From: Proteromonas lacertae
Lineage: Eukaryota
Reading direction: 5' to 3'
Length of the DNA: 64,000 nt
Assembly (NCBI GenBank): GCA_002245135.1
Contig: NGBS01000004.1
Coordinates: 248,001-312,000, forward strand
In this document: positions 36,827 through 49,522 of the stretch, piece after piece
Layout of the letters: the number at the start of each line of letters is the position of its first letter
Numbering within the stretch: the stretch's first letter is position 1
Made by a program: the position numbers and the translations under genes
Notes under the pieces: model-generated
What the model saw: only the letters and a program-made list of their open reading frames with translations
The model's database searches: none
Told to the model about the DNA's origin: nothing

Positions 36827-38011
36827 TTAGAATATAATTTTGCTTAAAATTACATTCAATTCATTAATGCCAACTGTGATTTTTTCATCTGTTGTATTTA
36901 CAAATAAACCAAAATATGATAGACCTAGTTTACTTGCTAATGATGTATAACACAAATTCTTCACAAGAAACTCAACAATTGTGGCTTTTTTTGAAAGTAT
37001 TATGTTTGATAAACCAGCTCCATGAGGTGCAACTATCAGTTTAGCATATTTAAAATAGTTCAATGTATTATTAAAAGTTGTATTTGGATAATAAATTACA
37101 ATTTTAAATTTGCTATATCTTTCTTTTAACAAGTTGTAAACTTTACAAAAGTTTGTAATATCTCTTTTACCAAATCTTTTTATTAAAACGATTTCATAAA
37201 TTAATTTAGAATTGATTTTTTTCCTTAAAAAATATCTTAAAAAATATAAATGAATTATAGGTGGAGTAGATCCACAACTACCTTTCTCTAATATTATTAA
37301 TCTTTTCACATGAATATTTCCATAAATAATCCTAGAATCATCAAATCCTATAAATTTTAAATACAATACATTTGCAGATTTGGAAGTGTGTATTTTTATT
37401 GATTCATCTCTCAATAATTCTGTAATGTAAAAACCTAATTTAGTTAAACATTCAACAATTGAATGAAAAACAGCATTTCCCCAATGATGTGTTATTGATA
37501 CAACCTTATCGTATTGGTTGTAGTATGTATTACTATGATAAAGAATGGGTATAAAATCACATTTACATCCTCCTTTTGTAGTTATATTATAATAAAATGA
37601 ATGAATACTCCCTTCATTTGTTATTATTACATCTGTAAAGCCGTAAATTTTAAGTTGTTGTATTATGTGAAGATGAGTATAATTAGTAATGATAATTGGA
37701 GATCTGTCAATTAATGACATATAAAATGAATCAGAGTACTTTTTTATTCTAATGTTTATCTTAGTGGAAATAAATATACGCGAATATGTAAAATTGTAAG
37801 TATCTAAGTCCACGCAACTGAGTGATATGTTTGAATTAGCATTATGTTTAAGATCAATTAATTTACTTAAATTATTAAAGGCATTAAATAGAAAATAAGA
37901 TTCATTTTTATTATATTCATATCTGCTGTAGTATATATAATAATAAGTATATATTAAACATAGATATAATAATGAATATTTAAATTTAATAAATGAAAAT
38001 TTTCTCAACAA
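36827..38011 (-). CDS. Glycosyltransferase family 61 (TTG start?)
   Basis: TM, NAVFHSIVECL, KRFGKR, AKLIVAPHGAGLSNIIL. Confidence 0.8.
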   Translation of the reverse strand: MLRKFSFIKFKYSLLYLCLIYTYYYIYYSRYEYNKNESYFLFNAFNNLSKLIDLKHNANSNISLSCVDLDTYNFTYSRIFISTKINIRIKKYSDSFYMSLIDRSPIIITNYTHLHIIQQLKIYGFTDVIITNEGSIHSFYYNITTKGGCKCDFIPILYHSNTYYNQYDKVVSITHHWGNAVFHSIVECLTKLGFYITELLRDESIKIHTSKSANVLYLKFIGFDDSRIIYGNIHVKRLIILEKGSCGSTPPIIHLYFLRYFLRKKINSKLIYEIVLIKRFGKRDITNFCKVYNLLKERYSKFKIVIYYPNTTFNNTLNYFKYAKLIVAPHGAGLSNIILSKKATIVEFLVKNLCYTSLASKLGLSYFGLFVNTTDEKITVGINELNVILSKIIF

Positions 38012-38157
38012 AAATATAAATAAAGTAAAAGTGTGTTATATCAATATTATAGGAAGGTGATAAACTTGTAGAGTGATGATAATTCTACAACTTAATATAT
38101 CAATTAACAAATTTTGACATATACAATTTCCCATCTTCATGTTTAATTTTCACTTTA

Positions 38158-39188
38158 TTATTTGTACAATTCTAAATGCAATTTACATTTCCCAAAGTAT
38201 TTATATCTTCTTCTATTATTAAATCCTAATTTGTTTGAAAATAAGCTAATTAAACTGAAAGAACTACATCTAGTAAGAATTAAAGTATTTGATTTACTTA
38301 ATATATAATAATCTATTATAGCTTCGATTGCACATTTATTATTATTATGTAATAAACCATATCCTGAATTACATGAAGTAAAATTTGAAAAATATGAATT
38401 AGGTAATTCATTTCTGAATAATTCTTTTAATTTTAATGAGTCGGAACTGACATAAATACTTTCATTAGAAGTAATATTCTTTAGATAATATATAATATCT
38501 CTTGAATCTTCATATTTCAAATAGTGTAATAAATATTCTTTTCCGTCAGCTTTTCCTGTTCTTAAATGAATTCCAATACTATAACCATTTTTAATTATAG
38601 CATTTGCTTTTAATTTTATCGAATTACTAATTTGAAGAAAGTGAAAAGATATTTTGTATGCTAGTTCATTTACCATAATTATCTTATTTATATTAAAGCT
38701 AATAGCATGATTATTTAATAAATAATTCAATGATTTATTATCATATATTACATTCATTATTCCATAAAAATGACCATTAAAGGAAATATTGTATATGCTT
38801 ATATTTGTTTGAATAATTAAAGGAAATATAAAATACCACCACAAACTATTCCAATTATTAATGTTTAAAGAGTAGGAGAAACTTATACAATAAGCTAGCG
38901 AGCTAATCAATCCAAGTAACTTATTACCTAAACCACATGATTTGCAGGGATTATATTCTGCATAATCTCTATACCTTCTAATATTGTTTGTATATATATA
39001 TTTAGTGTATATATTATTTATATTTTTTCTATTCTCTAAAATATGATAATAATCTGAATAGACTGTTAAAAGAGTAAGAAAGTATATACATAAAATAGTG
39101 AAAATAATGATTAGTAAACTAATAATCTAGTTTAATTATTTATCATATAAATTCAATCTAATATTACTTCCAAAATTAGCTTAAACAT
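38158..39188 (-). CDS. Fucosyltransferase-like GT-B protein with a 21-nt first exon
   Basis: Mirror of 56055-57085. CGLGNKL, IGIHLRTG, IYVSSDS, AIIDYYILSKSN...SSFS. Confidence 0.78.
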
Positions 39189-39575
39189 CTTATGATTGAT
39201 TAGAATTCTAAATTTATATAGTATATATATGGGACATTGGCTCAATGTCACAGATTTCCAACGAGTGTTCTAGAGGTTCATCCCTTTCTAGATCAAGAGT
39301 TGACTTTACGGGATCTTCATTGATGTAATCGAAATGGATCAACTCCATAATAATCAACAGATTTATGCCGTTGAGAGAAATATATCAGCTGAGATGAATA
39401 AAAATGGAAAAATAGAAGTTATTATATTCTAGTAATTTTAAAACCTTAATTTCATTGTGAATTATTGCTATTGAAGTATAATATAAAGAATAAAGAAACA
39501 GTGTTAGATAAGTAGCTGATTAACCAACAACTTATAACATTGACCTATCACTATACTTTCTATATTATAGTGATA

Positions 39576-41303
39576 TTAAAAATTAAATCCTTTTGGCCAA
39601 AAAATATCAACGCTATTTATAATGCTTTGTAAAAATGGGAAATCAGTTACAGCGCTTGGTAGAAACAAACATACAGTTACATTGTTTCTTACAAATTTGC
39701 TTTTAGTATACATATAACTGTAACTCTTTTTATTAATGATATATGATACAAAAATTAAACAACATATTAAAGTGATTGAATTAGTTAACATAGTATGAGA
39801 ACCTAATTCTTTTTTAGTATAACTGCTATAATTACCTATTCCGTATTCCAATATATACTCACTAATATTGTTTATATGAGTATTAAAAATATGATTTTTT
39901 CCATTGTTCTTCTATATCCTCTATTTTTAACACTTATGTTATTCAATCTTACACATCCTCCTGCTTTTACTTTGATTGTTAAACAACCTTTTAAGTGTAA
40001 ATTGTTAATAAAAACATTACCTGTTATTACCAGTTTTGAATTATTTTCAATTACTAAAACTCCAGTAAAATGATTAACAATATTTTTTGTTAGGAGAATA
40101 TAATCCTGAAATCTCAGATGTTTCTTTAACTGGATTAAAGCATAACCATCTTGGCATATTCACACTCATATTTTTAGATTCATTATCAGTAAGAAGTATA
40201 TAATCTTGTAATACTGTTTCAATTCTAAATGATTTGAATTCTTTTGAAAGAATATATTCAGGCAGGTTTTTTTATTTAGAGTTTTATAGTATTTATTTAA
40301 CTCAAAGCAAATAATATTTGTAACAGCTGGATATAGAGTTTCTGATTTACTGAATTGATTTATATTTTTTCCTAACAATTTTGGCAAAAGAGAATAATCT
40401 ATAGCTCTAACATTATAGTATCTACCATTTTCTTCACACGAACACATTATTGATGCTTTTTCACCTTTGTATCTTTCAACAGTTAAATAATTTACTTCTA
40501 ATCTGTTAAATATTGTACTTCCTATTAAAATTGGAATTGCTTCGAAAGCCAATGAATTAGTATCTTGAAAATTATCATATATTGAATTCCTTTCAATTTC
40601 CAATTGTCTAATACTCCTTTCTAGACAATAAAGACATATATATACTGAGAATAACAAATTATGAATATCACCATGACCATGTGGTTTAGTAATGATTTTA
40701 TGATTTTTATATAGCAAATTACAATTTTCATCATCAAACGATGTTCAATTACGTATATTTGATTTTTAGATAATCCAAAATATTCATTCTCTCCAAGAAA
40801 GTGCTTTATTCTTATATTTGTAGATTTCGAAGTCATTATGCATACATACATCATTTGTTTTGTCATATTTTGATAAGAAATAATATAACGAAAGTATAAA
40901 TTTAAGTATGATAATTCACTAATCTGGTCAACATTTAAGCTTATCTATTAAATTTAACAGTAAATATCAAATAAATATACTTTAATAGAATCACAATTTA
41001 GTCTTTCACCTAATCCTCCTGCAACAAGCACAAAAGCACATTTTTGTATATTTGTTATGCCAATTTCTTCATATATTTTGAAATAATTATCCAAGTAATT
41101 AACCTCTATACTCTGCGGATATGATATATTATTGATTGCTAAAGAAAATATATCATTTTTATATTTATAGATTATTCTTTTAGATCTTCTTATATATTCA
41201 ATAATACCTTCGTCTAATATACTATTTAAATGAACAATATAAAGACACAAAGATTTTAAATCTATATAGATTGATTATATACTATTGTTTCTTCTTGCTT
41301 CAT
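39576..41303 (-). pseudogene. UDP-sugar pyrophosphorylase (USP-like), disrupted, running into a truncated type II membrane ORF
   Basis: CAFVLVAGGLGERL, KPHGHGDIH, FQDTNSLAF, RWLCFNPVK. A frameshift before KPHGHGD is shared by both arms. Confidence 0.75.
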
Positions 41304-41770
41304 TTATAATTCTTGTTTGTGCACATAATTAATAGAAAATGAATTTTATATAAGATATGATATAAAAATTCTATTAAATGTTTAAATTGATTATGTTATA
41401 CCACTTACATTTGCGTATCACTATAATTTTTATTTTACTGAAGATAATATTTTAAATAGTTATTTTATGATCATTAATTTGGGAATTACTTCTTGGATAT
41501 TTATTTTTGCTAATGTATAAACGATATACATAAGCAATTAAAATAGTTCATTAAATATTTCTCTATTCCAGGTACTTTTACACTTATTCCAACTCTTTTT
41601 ACATGCTTGGTTTGTAATAATAATAGCAAGAATTGATTCATTCTTCTATATTTGAATCTTAGGGAAAATAACAGATATAATCTTTGTATTATACTCTTTG
41701 TAATAACAAATATATGAATCAATATTCTTATAAAACACATCTTCTACAATATTTTATGTAGAAACTAATC

Positions 41771-42802
41771 ATGAAGATATGTTATTCAAAAGCTATATTT
41801 GGATTTTTTATATTATTTTTTCTTTCGAGTGATTTTTATAACGCTAAAATATGTAGTTATGTTGATTATATAGACATAAAAAGAGTAAGCGATGGAGTAT
41901 TTATTTTTTCTTCTTTTATTGATACGGTAAAAAAGAAGGTAATATTCATCCTTTTTATAACAAATAGAAGTATTGCATCATCATCATATACTTCCACTTT
42001 GTTATTGGATAGAAATAAATTTTCATATCCAATTATTCAACATTATGTCAACAAATACTATTATAATGTTATTTTTGGTTATAAAGACTATTATAGTGTT
42101 AAAAATGTAGAAATATTAGACAGATCAACAATTTTGAAAGGTAATAATGTAAAATTCAAATATAAAAACGTTTTATGTTTAACAACCTTTATTAATTACA
42201 CAAAAGCTAATGAATTATATACATTCATAAACCACTATATCAGCCTTGGAATAAATTTATTTGTTGTTTATAAAACTAGTTGTGGTGAAGAAATTGATAA
42301 AATACTAAATGAATATAAATTAAAAGGATTAGTAACAATTATATTAGATAAATATTCTAACAATTCAACAACATTTAAATATGGTAATTATCTCCATGTA
42401 TGGAAACATAATGATTGTTTTATTAGATATAAATATAATGCTAAACATATTGTATTTGTTGATCAAGATGAGATACTTAAAATAAATAGTATGATTTTTT
42501 CACCATACTATGATATATATTATTTTCATTCTATATTGTTAATAACCAATAATCACAGTTTATTATACTCTCGTTGTCCTTCATCACCTTGGAAATATAT
42601 CATATATAATACAACATGTGTATACTATGTGGATATTCATACTGTTATATTGAAAAAGAATTGCAAATCAAAAGTAATTAACTATAGTAAGAATTATATT
42701 CTTCATAGAAGAACTAAATTTCCATGGTACTATAAAAAATGTAAATTCGACATATTACAAAATAAAGATAATAATTTTACTTATCTTCCATTGTTTGATT
42801 GA
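41771..42802 (+). CDS. Glycosyltransferase family 92-like (GT-A)
   Basis: TM, FINHYISLGINLFVVY, NDCFIRYKYNAKHIVFVDQDE (DxD), WKYI, IH. Confidence 0.78.
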   Translation: MKICYSKAIFGFFILFFLSSDFYNAKICSYVDYIDIKRVSDGVFIFSSFIDTVKKKVIFILFITNRSIASSSYTSTLLLDRNKFSYPIIQHYVNKYYYNVIFGYKDYYSVKNVEILDRSTILKGNNVKFKYKNVLCLTTFINYTKANELYTFINHYISLGINLFVVYKTSCGEEIDKILNEYKLKGLVTIILDKYSNNSTTFKYGNYLHVWKHNDCFIRYKYNAKHIVFVDQDEILKINSMIFSPYYDIYYFHSILLITNNHSLLYSRCPSSPWKYIIYNTTCVYYVDIHTVILKKNCKSKVINYSKNYILHRRTKFPWYYKKCKFDILQNKDNNFTYLPLFD

Positions 42803-43983
42803 CAAGCTTTAAATAGTATATCTTTAATTTTTTTAGATCTATCATGTATAACAAGTTCTCTATTATCAGATGAACATATACTCCAGTTTCCCATTAGTCC
42901 ACTAATTATGTAGGGATATATTCTTCTTGTATGTCTAATAAATCCAATATTTGAATCAATTTTTATTTCTGTATAGTTATACAGTTTTCCTGTAATCCAA
43001 TGAATTGAAACGGAAGTAATTTTTGATAAATTTCTAATTAATAGTTTAGGCCATCTCCATGTATAGTCACAACAATTATGGTATTCAAATATGTTACAAT
43101 CTTTTATATTATGCACTAATCTATCATAATAAGGAACATAGAATCGCTTAAATATTTTTTCTTGAAATATATATGTATCATATACTTTTCTTTGTTGTTG
43201 ATCTATTTTATCAATCATTTTTGCAATACTATTATCATAATTAGGCCAAAGTATTTCATCTAAATCAGTCATAACAATACTTTTCGTTTCGTAGTAACTT
43301 CTATAGAAACAATCATTTAATTTTAATCTTTGTGCATATGTTTTATATTTTCCATATTTTATATCAAAATGATTATCTAAATTTACAACATCTAGTAGCC
43401 CTTTGTTCAAATAAAATTTCAACACTTTATTCACTTTTTCAGAGCATGAAGTATTATACACAATAAAATGATCAGCTCCAAAATAAAGATAAGATTCAAT
43501 CATTTGTAATAGCATGTTAAATGCAATAAAGTTAATCATTTTACCTATACAAACAGTTAATTTATTTCTTTTTAATTCATATTTCGTTTTTATTTTTGAG
43601 ATATAAATAATAGATTTATTTAATATCATTTTTAATGGTAAAATATTTGTATATAGCAATAAATTCATAACAGTATTATCTTCTGCTATCTTAGTGATTA
43701 TTTCCATATTACATTTTTTAACATTATTAGTATATATAATCGTGCACGTTATATTATGTATATTTTTGCTATTATTGTAAATATAGAATAGCATTCTAAT
43801 TGCTTTATAGCGAATATCATAGTAATGCGATATATAGAAAATATTTTTTACTACTTCAATAGGCTTTATATTAATTATTTTCCCTTTTTTATAATAATAT
43901 TTATTTGATAATAAATTGTATAGTAATATAATGATTGTATATAAAAATAATATATTAGCATATAATATAATAATCAGTTTCAA
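42781..43983 (-). CDS. Glycosyltransferase family 92-like (TTG start?)
   Basis: TM, LTVCI, IESYLYFGADHFIVY, Q...LNDCFYR.....VMTDLDE, KLLI, IH, HTR. Confidence 0.8.
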   Translation of the reverse strand: MKLIIILYANILFLYTIIILLYNLLSNKYYYKKGKIINIKPIEVVKNIFYISHYYDIRYKAIRMLFYIYNNSKNIHNITCTIIYTNNVKKCNMEIITKIAEDNTVMNLLLYTNILPLKMILNKSIIYISKIKTKYELKRNKLTVCIGKMINFIAFNMLLQMIESYLYFGADHFIVYNTSCSEKVNKVLKFYLNKGLLDVVNLDNHFDIKYGKYKTYAQRLKLNDCFYRSYYETKSIVMTDLDEILWPNYDNSIAKMIDKIDQQQRKVYDTYIFQEKIFKRFYVPYYDRLVHNIKDCNIFEYHNCCDYTWRWPKLLIRNLSKITSVSIHWITGKLYNYTEIKIDSNIGFIRHTRRIYPYIISGLMGNWSICSSDNRELVIHDRSKKIKDILFKACQSNNGR

Positions 43984-43988
43984 TAAAA

Positions 43989-44828
43989 TTACAAACCGAT
44001 ATAATTATAGTATAATTTCTTTTTTATTTCTTTAAATAAATCACCTCTGAAATAGTACAACATATCAATTTTGAAATGATAAATTTTCATTAATTCATTG
44101 CTTATATTGTATTCTTCAAAATAAGGAATCATAAAATTTTCCATATAATTCTTAAATTCATTGAATATTTCATTTGATTTATATATTCCTACAGGATTAT
44201 TTATATAAGGATGAAATTCTGAAAAAACAATATCAAAAAATCTTAAAATATTTTTCTTAATTAATTCAGGAATCATTATATATTCTTCACCTTCAATGTC
44301 AAATTTTAGAATATTAAAATGATTTGGTTTTATATTTTCATTAATATATGATAATATGTCTATTGATTTTATTTTTAGAATTTTAGAATTTTTGTATGAC
44401 ACATTATAATATAATGTACTACCTAATGATCCTGAAGTTATCTTAAAATTTTGATACTCTGTTCTATTTGACACAGCAACAGGACAATTAATGTAAAAAT
44501 TGCATTTAAATGTTACTGTTTTTAAAAAGTTTACATTTTGCAATATGTATTTGCACAGCATAGGATTAGCTTCAAATGAATGAACATTAACTTTTGATGT
44601 TGGAAAGTGATGAAATTTTGGATAAGGAACATGATATGAATTATTGAGATTTTTGTATCCAAAGAGCCATAATATAGAATCACCATTATTTGAACCTAAA
44701 TCATAATATGTTATTTCCCTATATTCTTTATATAAAGAAATATTATTACTAATTGACAAATAATAATACATCAAAATGATTAATAAATTAGCTATAACTA
44801 ATAGATAGAATATGAATATTTTATTCAT
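43989..44828 (-). CDS. FkbM-family methyltransferase, type II membrane
   Basis: YYDLGSNNGDS, HSFEANP, ILKFDIEGEEY, EFH. Confidence 0.85.
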   Translation of the reverse strand: MNKIFIFYLLVIANLLIILMYYYLSISNNISLYKEYREITYYDLGSNNGDSILWLFGYKNLNNSYHVPYPKFHHFPTSKVNVHSFEANPMLCKYILQNVNFLKTVTFKCNFYINCPVAVSNRTEYQNFKITSGSLGSTLYYNVSYKNSKILKIKSIDILSYINENIKPNHFNILKFDIEGEEYIMIPELIKKNILRFFDIVFSEFHPYINNPVGIYKSNEIFNEFKNYMENFMIPYFEEYNISNELMKIYHFKIDMLYYFRGDLFKEIKKKLYYNYIGL

Positions 44829-44962
44829 AATTCAAATTATCTTAGCTATTATGCAAAGCAATATTCAGGTAATTATAGATAGAAATTAATATACAACTTA
44901 TTATATATAATGATTTGTGGTGGTTTTTATCTTTTTTATAACAATTAATAAGTTAGTTAATA

Positions 44963-45518
44963 TTAATATAGAATAATGTTACATAAACCCAATCTTGTGG
45001 AGTTTGTACCTATATGTCTAAATATCACTCCTTTATGAGTATCATTTTCTCTATATACAAATGCCATGTATAGCTTATATTTCAAAAAGAATAATCCTGC
45101 TTTATACTCTGAGTAATACATTTTAAGCATCTTTAAAACTTTACTTTTATATAATGTTGGGCCATTTAAAAAGTTTCTATTTTGATATGGATGATTTAAT
45201 ATTATTATATTTACCTTATTGCTTTTAAATGAAATGGAAGTTTTATATGGATTACTTATAACCATTTTTCTTAATACTATTCCATATACTTCATAAAAAT
45301 TAGATAATACATATATAGAGTTTTTAAAGAAATTATATTGTTGATGAATATTATCCTGAATTAACCAATCTTCCTCTAAAATGAATATATATTGCAAATA
45401 TATATATGAAAATAAAATGGTAAATGAATATGGATAGTTTTTAGGATTTAAGTAGAAGGAGTTTAATATATTATAATTTACTCTAACGCTGTACCTTTCT
45501 ACAGTACCTTGATCTATT
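44963..45518 (-). pseudogene. 5'-truncated GT-A glycosyltransferase (copy cut at the inner inverted-repeat boundary)
   Basis: Identical to 49726-50281 but missing the TM and first strands. Confidence 0.78.
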
Positions 45519-45740
45519 TAAATCCTTTATCCCGATGTCTACTATTGTTATAAGCTTTTAAAATAATATAAAAATAAAAAGTGTTTCAAGTACAGCAACC
45601 TAAATACGACTATACGATATTAGGCCAACGTAACTATTTTGGAAAACAAAGTGTTGATTAGTAATATTGAAGGGTCAGAGGTTACGTTTATGATATTAGA
45701 ATTGAAAAAAGTCTTCTTAACGCTCAACGGCGCATAACAA

Positions 45741-46075
45741 ATATAAATAATTTGAATATTTGCGCCATTTGTTTTCTAGAAATTTTTGAAGTAAACTAAA
45801 TGCATATTTAGCTAATATAGACTAAAATTCATTAGCTGAAATGATTATAACAACTTAATGTTGATCATAAGACATTTACAATGAAAAAAGAAAATAGAAT
45901 CAAGCCTAACTCAAGCCTATTTTTACATTTCTTTTTTTATGTAGAAAGATTTAATAATTATTATATTCTAATAATTTCAGCTAATGTATTTTAGTCTATA
46001 TTAGCTAAATGTGCATTTAGTTTGCTTCAAAAATTTCTAGAAAACAAACGGCGCAAATATTCAAATTATTTATAT
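45741..46075. mobile_element. Foldback/MITE-like element: ~102-bp terminal inverted repeats, ~130-bp loop, 6-bp flanking duplication TAACAA
   Basis: 45741-45842 is the reverse complement of ~45974-46075 with 4 mismatches. TAACAA occurs at 45735-45740 and 46076-46081. Confidence 0.7.
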
Positions 46076-46177
46076 TAACAAAAAAGTATACTGCAGAGGT
46101 AGGTCATTTAATTAATTTATTTATTGTATGAATTACAATCTAAATTGAAAATAGGAAATATATATTTTGGATTTGTT

Positions 46178-47017
46178 ATGTTAAAAAATATTATATTATT
46201 AATAATTATTATTATAATATTCATAAATGCAACTCTTACTTTAAAGAGATCAAATTTCATTCATATTCATAATTATGGATCATTTTATAGAAATCTATGG
46301 AAATGTCCTATTCAAAACATTGATAATATCACTTATACTTTTTATTCTCAATGCAAATAAGATAAAATCTATTTTGATTTATATTTTGCCAAGCCACAAA
46401 TCCAAACTAATGGAATATTTGTCGAAATAGGTGCTTTAGATGGAAGTTATAGTAATACTCTATTCTATGAAAAAGAATTAGGGTGGAGAGGAATATTAAT
46501 TGAAGGATTGCCATCTAACTGTAGAAAATTATTGAGTATAAAGAGGAGAAGATCTGAAATATTCTGCACAGCTATTTGTCCATATTTTCCTAAAACAGTA
46601 GAGTTTTTTGATGTGTGGGGAATGGGTGGATTAAAAGAAAATAACCCTTTTTGGAATTAAAATAACAGAAAAATGAAAAAGACAGTTAATGTGACATGTA
46701 CAAACATAAAGGAAATATTTTATAGTACTGGTGTTACTCATATAGATTTTTTCTCACTTGATGTTGAAGGAGCAGAATATATGGTGCTAGACACATTTGA
46801 TTTTAATATAAGAGTTCATTATTGGGTTATTAAATTTAATAGTAAAAATAAACTCAAAGATGAATATGTAATTAAATTACTTTTAAAAAACGGTTATAGA
46901 AAATGTAAACTACCTAAAATGTATATAAGAAATGAATGTTTCTATGATCCATACTATGATAAAAAAGTAAAGAAATATAAGAATAAAGAAAAATATTATT
47001 ATAATGACTATATTTAA
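46178..47017 (+). pseudogene. FkbM-family methyltransferase with two in-frame TAA stops (46358, 46658)
   Basis: One frame: TM...YSQCK*DK...GIFVEIGALDG..SNTLFYEKELGWRGILIE...WN*N...HIDFFSLDVEGAE. Confidence 0.82.
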
Positions 47018-47099
47018 GATAATACTATAAGTTATATTACAAGTTAATACCTCATGTTAATTAATGATTGTTTTTATTAATTTTACAATATAAATTACC

Positions 47100-49490
47100 A
47101 TGATTTTCATCTAATGAGTTAAAGGACTTAAGTTATTTGCATGACTAAACATCATATCCCTCAGGGATGGTCTAATTCTTAACTAATTCTTACTATTGCT
47201 AAGAATTGCTTAAGTAGAGTTAATACCATATTCTTGATGTCAATGATGTAAGACATGTTGTTGCTAAGTAAATACTAGGAGATGATACAAGGCAATTTCT
47301 TAAAGGCAATTGTAAGAAGATGATAGCGTAAGTTCAATGCTATATGTATCGATCAGGAGTCAACTAAGAAATGTCTCGCACTTACCAAGGAGATGGAGGA
47401 GTACTTCAAAGAGATTACTGATTAGGAAGCTTCCATGATTAACAACCAAGAGGAAATAATGAAGGCTGTGAAGATAAAGTCCATCGTTGATTATCTATTG
47501 AAGTCCTTGACCTTACAAGTACAATTCAAGGAGTCAGAGGATCGCAGCAAGACTCCATTCCCAATACTACCTTACAACTACGAGGCATTCTTAACTAAAC
47601 GCAACCAAGGAAAAGCACTCAGCAAGAGGATGAAACTCAAGATGGAAGCAACTTTTAATGACAACTTACCAAGAGAAGACAACTCCCTTGATAATAAACC
47701 CTCAGAAAAAGCAACAACCCAACAAGACAACTTATCAGAAGCAGAAGATGACTTTAACGAGGTCTTCTAACAAACAGTACTCCAGGACATAGAAGCATGG
47801 ATGAACTTACACCTTAAGTAATGTTTTCGCTTGGCTATGTTGGAACGATTGCTTAAAACACTTCATAAGACTGACGGATGACAACAGGATTTGAAGTAAT
47901 GATGGGAAGAGGTCCTTAGAAGTCTCTTGTTCTATGAAACCATCGGAGGATGATCTATCGGAGGAAGTGTAGCAAGGTGATCATCGTCAGGTAAAGAACT
48001 AGAGGAAGTGTAGGGAGATTGATTGCAGATCATTACAACCCAAAGAAGACAAGACCGAGAATAACGAAGAAGGAGATCTCCAAGTCAAAGATCAAGGAAC
48101 TTTAACTACTTCAACACCATTGCCAGAGTCACAATCAAGTGAGTTATCCATGGAAGTCAAGACTGAAGAAGATAAACAACCAGAGTTAGAAAGAGACTGA
48201 AGTAGTCATCACTTACACGATGAACAAGACCTAGATGCTGAGCTTATTGAAGACATGACTGATGAAGAGATTACTAGCTTAAGAAAACACCTTGAGGAAC
48301 TTATCCAGGTAGAGAAAGAGTCTAAAGATGAAGACAAGGATGATAACAACGAGATCCAGGAAGTAAAAGACTCTGAGTAAAGTACTCATAAGGAGGTACC
48401 TATAAGGAGGTAATCATAAGGAGGAACTAGCAGGAAGGTACTTACAATATCTCTTTTCCCAGGAGTAATCATGAACAAGTTCAAGAGATGCAACTTAGCT
48501 GATAGACGAAGAGTACTTACAATGACCTTCATGAAGCTTACTTACAATCACTAGCAAGAGAACGTCAAGGAGCTATCTCCCGAAGAAGGAATCGAAGGAT
48601 TGATGAACTCCGAAGAATGCTCAGAGACAACAACACAGAACATCCGATGATGGGTAAGGTGCAGAACTCCAAGGAGCTTACAATGTAGCTATTGACTATC
48701 TTACTGCCTTGGAGAACAATGAGTTAATGAGTCAAAGGATGGCAAGATCGTTGATCCCCAAAAAGACCAAGAGCAAGAACAAGAAAGTTGCTTACAAGAC
48801 AGACTCCATCGTAGATGCTATATCAACTCCTGGCTTCCTTGTAGTTCCTACAATCATGAAGAGCATTAAAGCTTACCGTGAAGTAAGTGACTCCTCCTAG
48901 GATCTCAACCCTTTAACAGTGATGATGATGATGAAACAAGGAGTCAGAGGAAGCTCCGATGATGGTGATGAGAATACAATGGCCTTTCTAAGTCAACTAC
49001 TTACTGCTGATGATGATGATGAATCAAAGAAACCTACCTCCGAGGATATCAAGAAGTTAATAGACTCACTAAAGATTGAATACTCCAATGCAGTCTTCAA
49101 TGAACTAGCCGACTCCATCCATCCTACTCCTATTACCGGGAATAAGTAAGTGAATGATAACAAGTATGAATATGGAGAAGAGAAGTTAGAAGATGAAGCT
49201 CCCGAGGATGACTCAGGTAATGAAAATGACTCCTTAGACAACTACTTAGACGATGATAAAGAATTCGACAAGGAACTTAACAGTGCCATGAAGAAGAAAG
49301 CCCTTAAAGCGAAAACATAAGCATGTCTATCCTCAATAATTCATTTCCCTTAAGTATAGTCTGGTTATGAATAAGAGACTCAACAAGAAGTAAAAGGCAA
49401 AGCTCAAGGAGCTGATAATCAAGAGATTGAAGCAAGGTAAAGTAACTCCAGAGTAATATTCATATAACATTTATGAATATTCATGAAGAA
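47100..49490 (+). mobile_element. GC-richer decayed insert with fragmented acidic ORFs (origin unknown)
   Basis: Clear compositional shift, intronless coding-like frames broken by many stops, no recognisable domain. Confidence 0.35.
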
Positions 49491-49522
49491 GAAATTCCCC
49501 TAACAAATTTATTTAGTTTGAA

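Larger units (their letters stand above)
36255..45518. repeat. Left arm of a 9.26-kb inverted repeat (right arm 49726-58987)
   Basis: ORFs mirror exactly. The only differences seen are homopolymer-length indels. Confidence 0.96.

Noticed and set aside
41510..41740. 76-aa ORF (and mirror 53503-53733) as a real gene
   Set aside because: No recognisable motif. Another frame looks like a stop-riddled gene fragment, so it is unsupported.
46178..47017. In-frame TAA codons in the FkbM gene as stop-codon reassignment or readthrough
   Set aside because: TAA is the normal terminator of most genes in this window and other long ORFs have no internal stops. Simple nonsense mutations are more likely.
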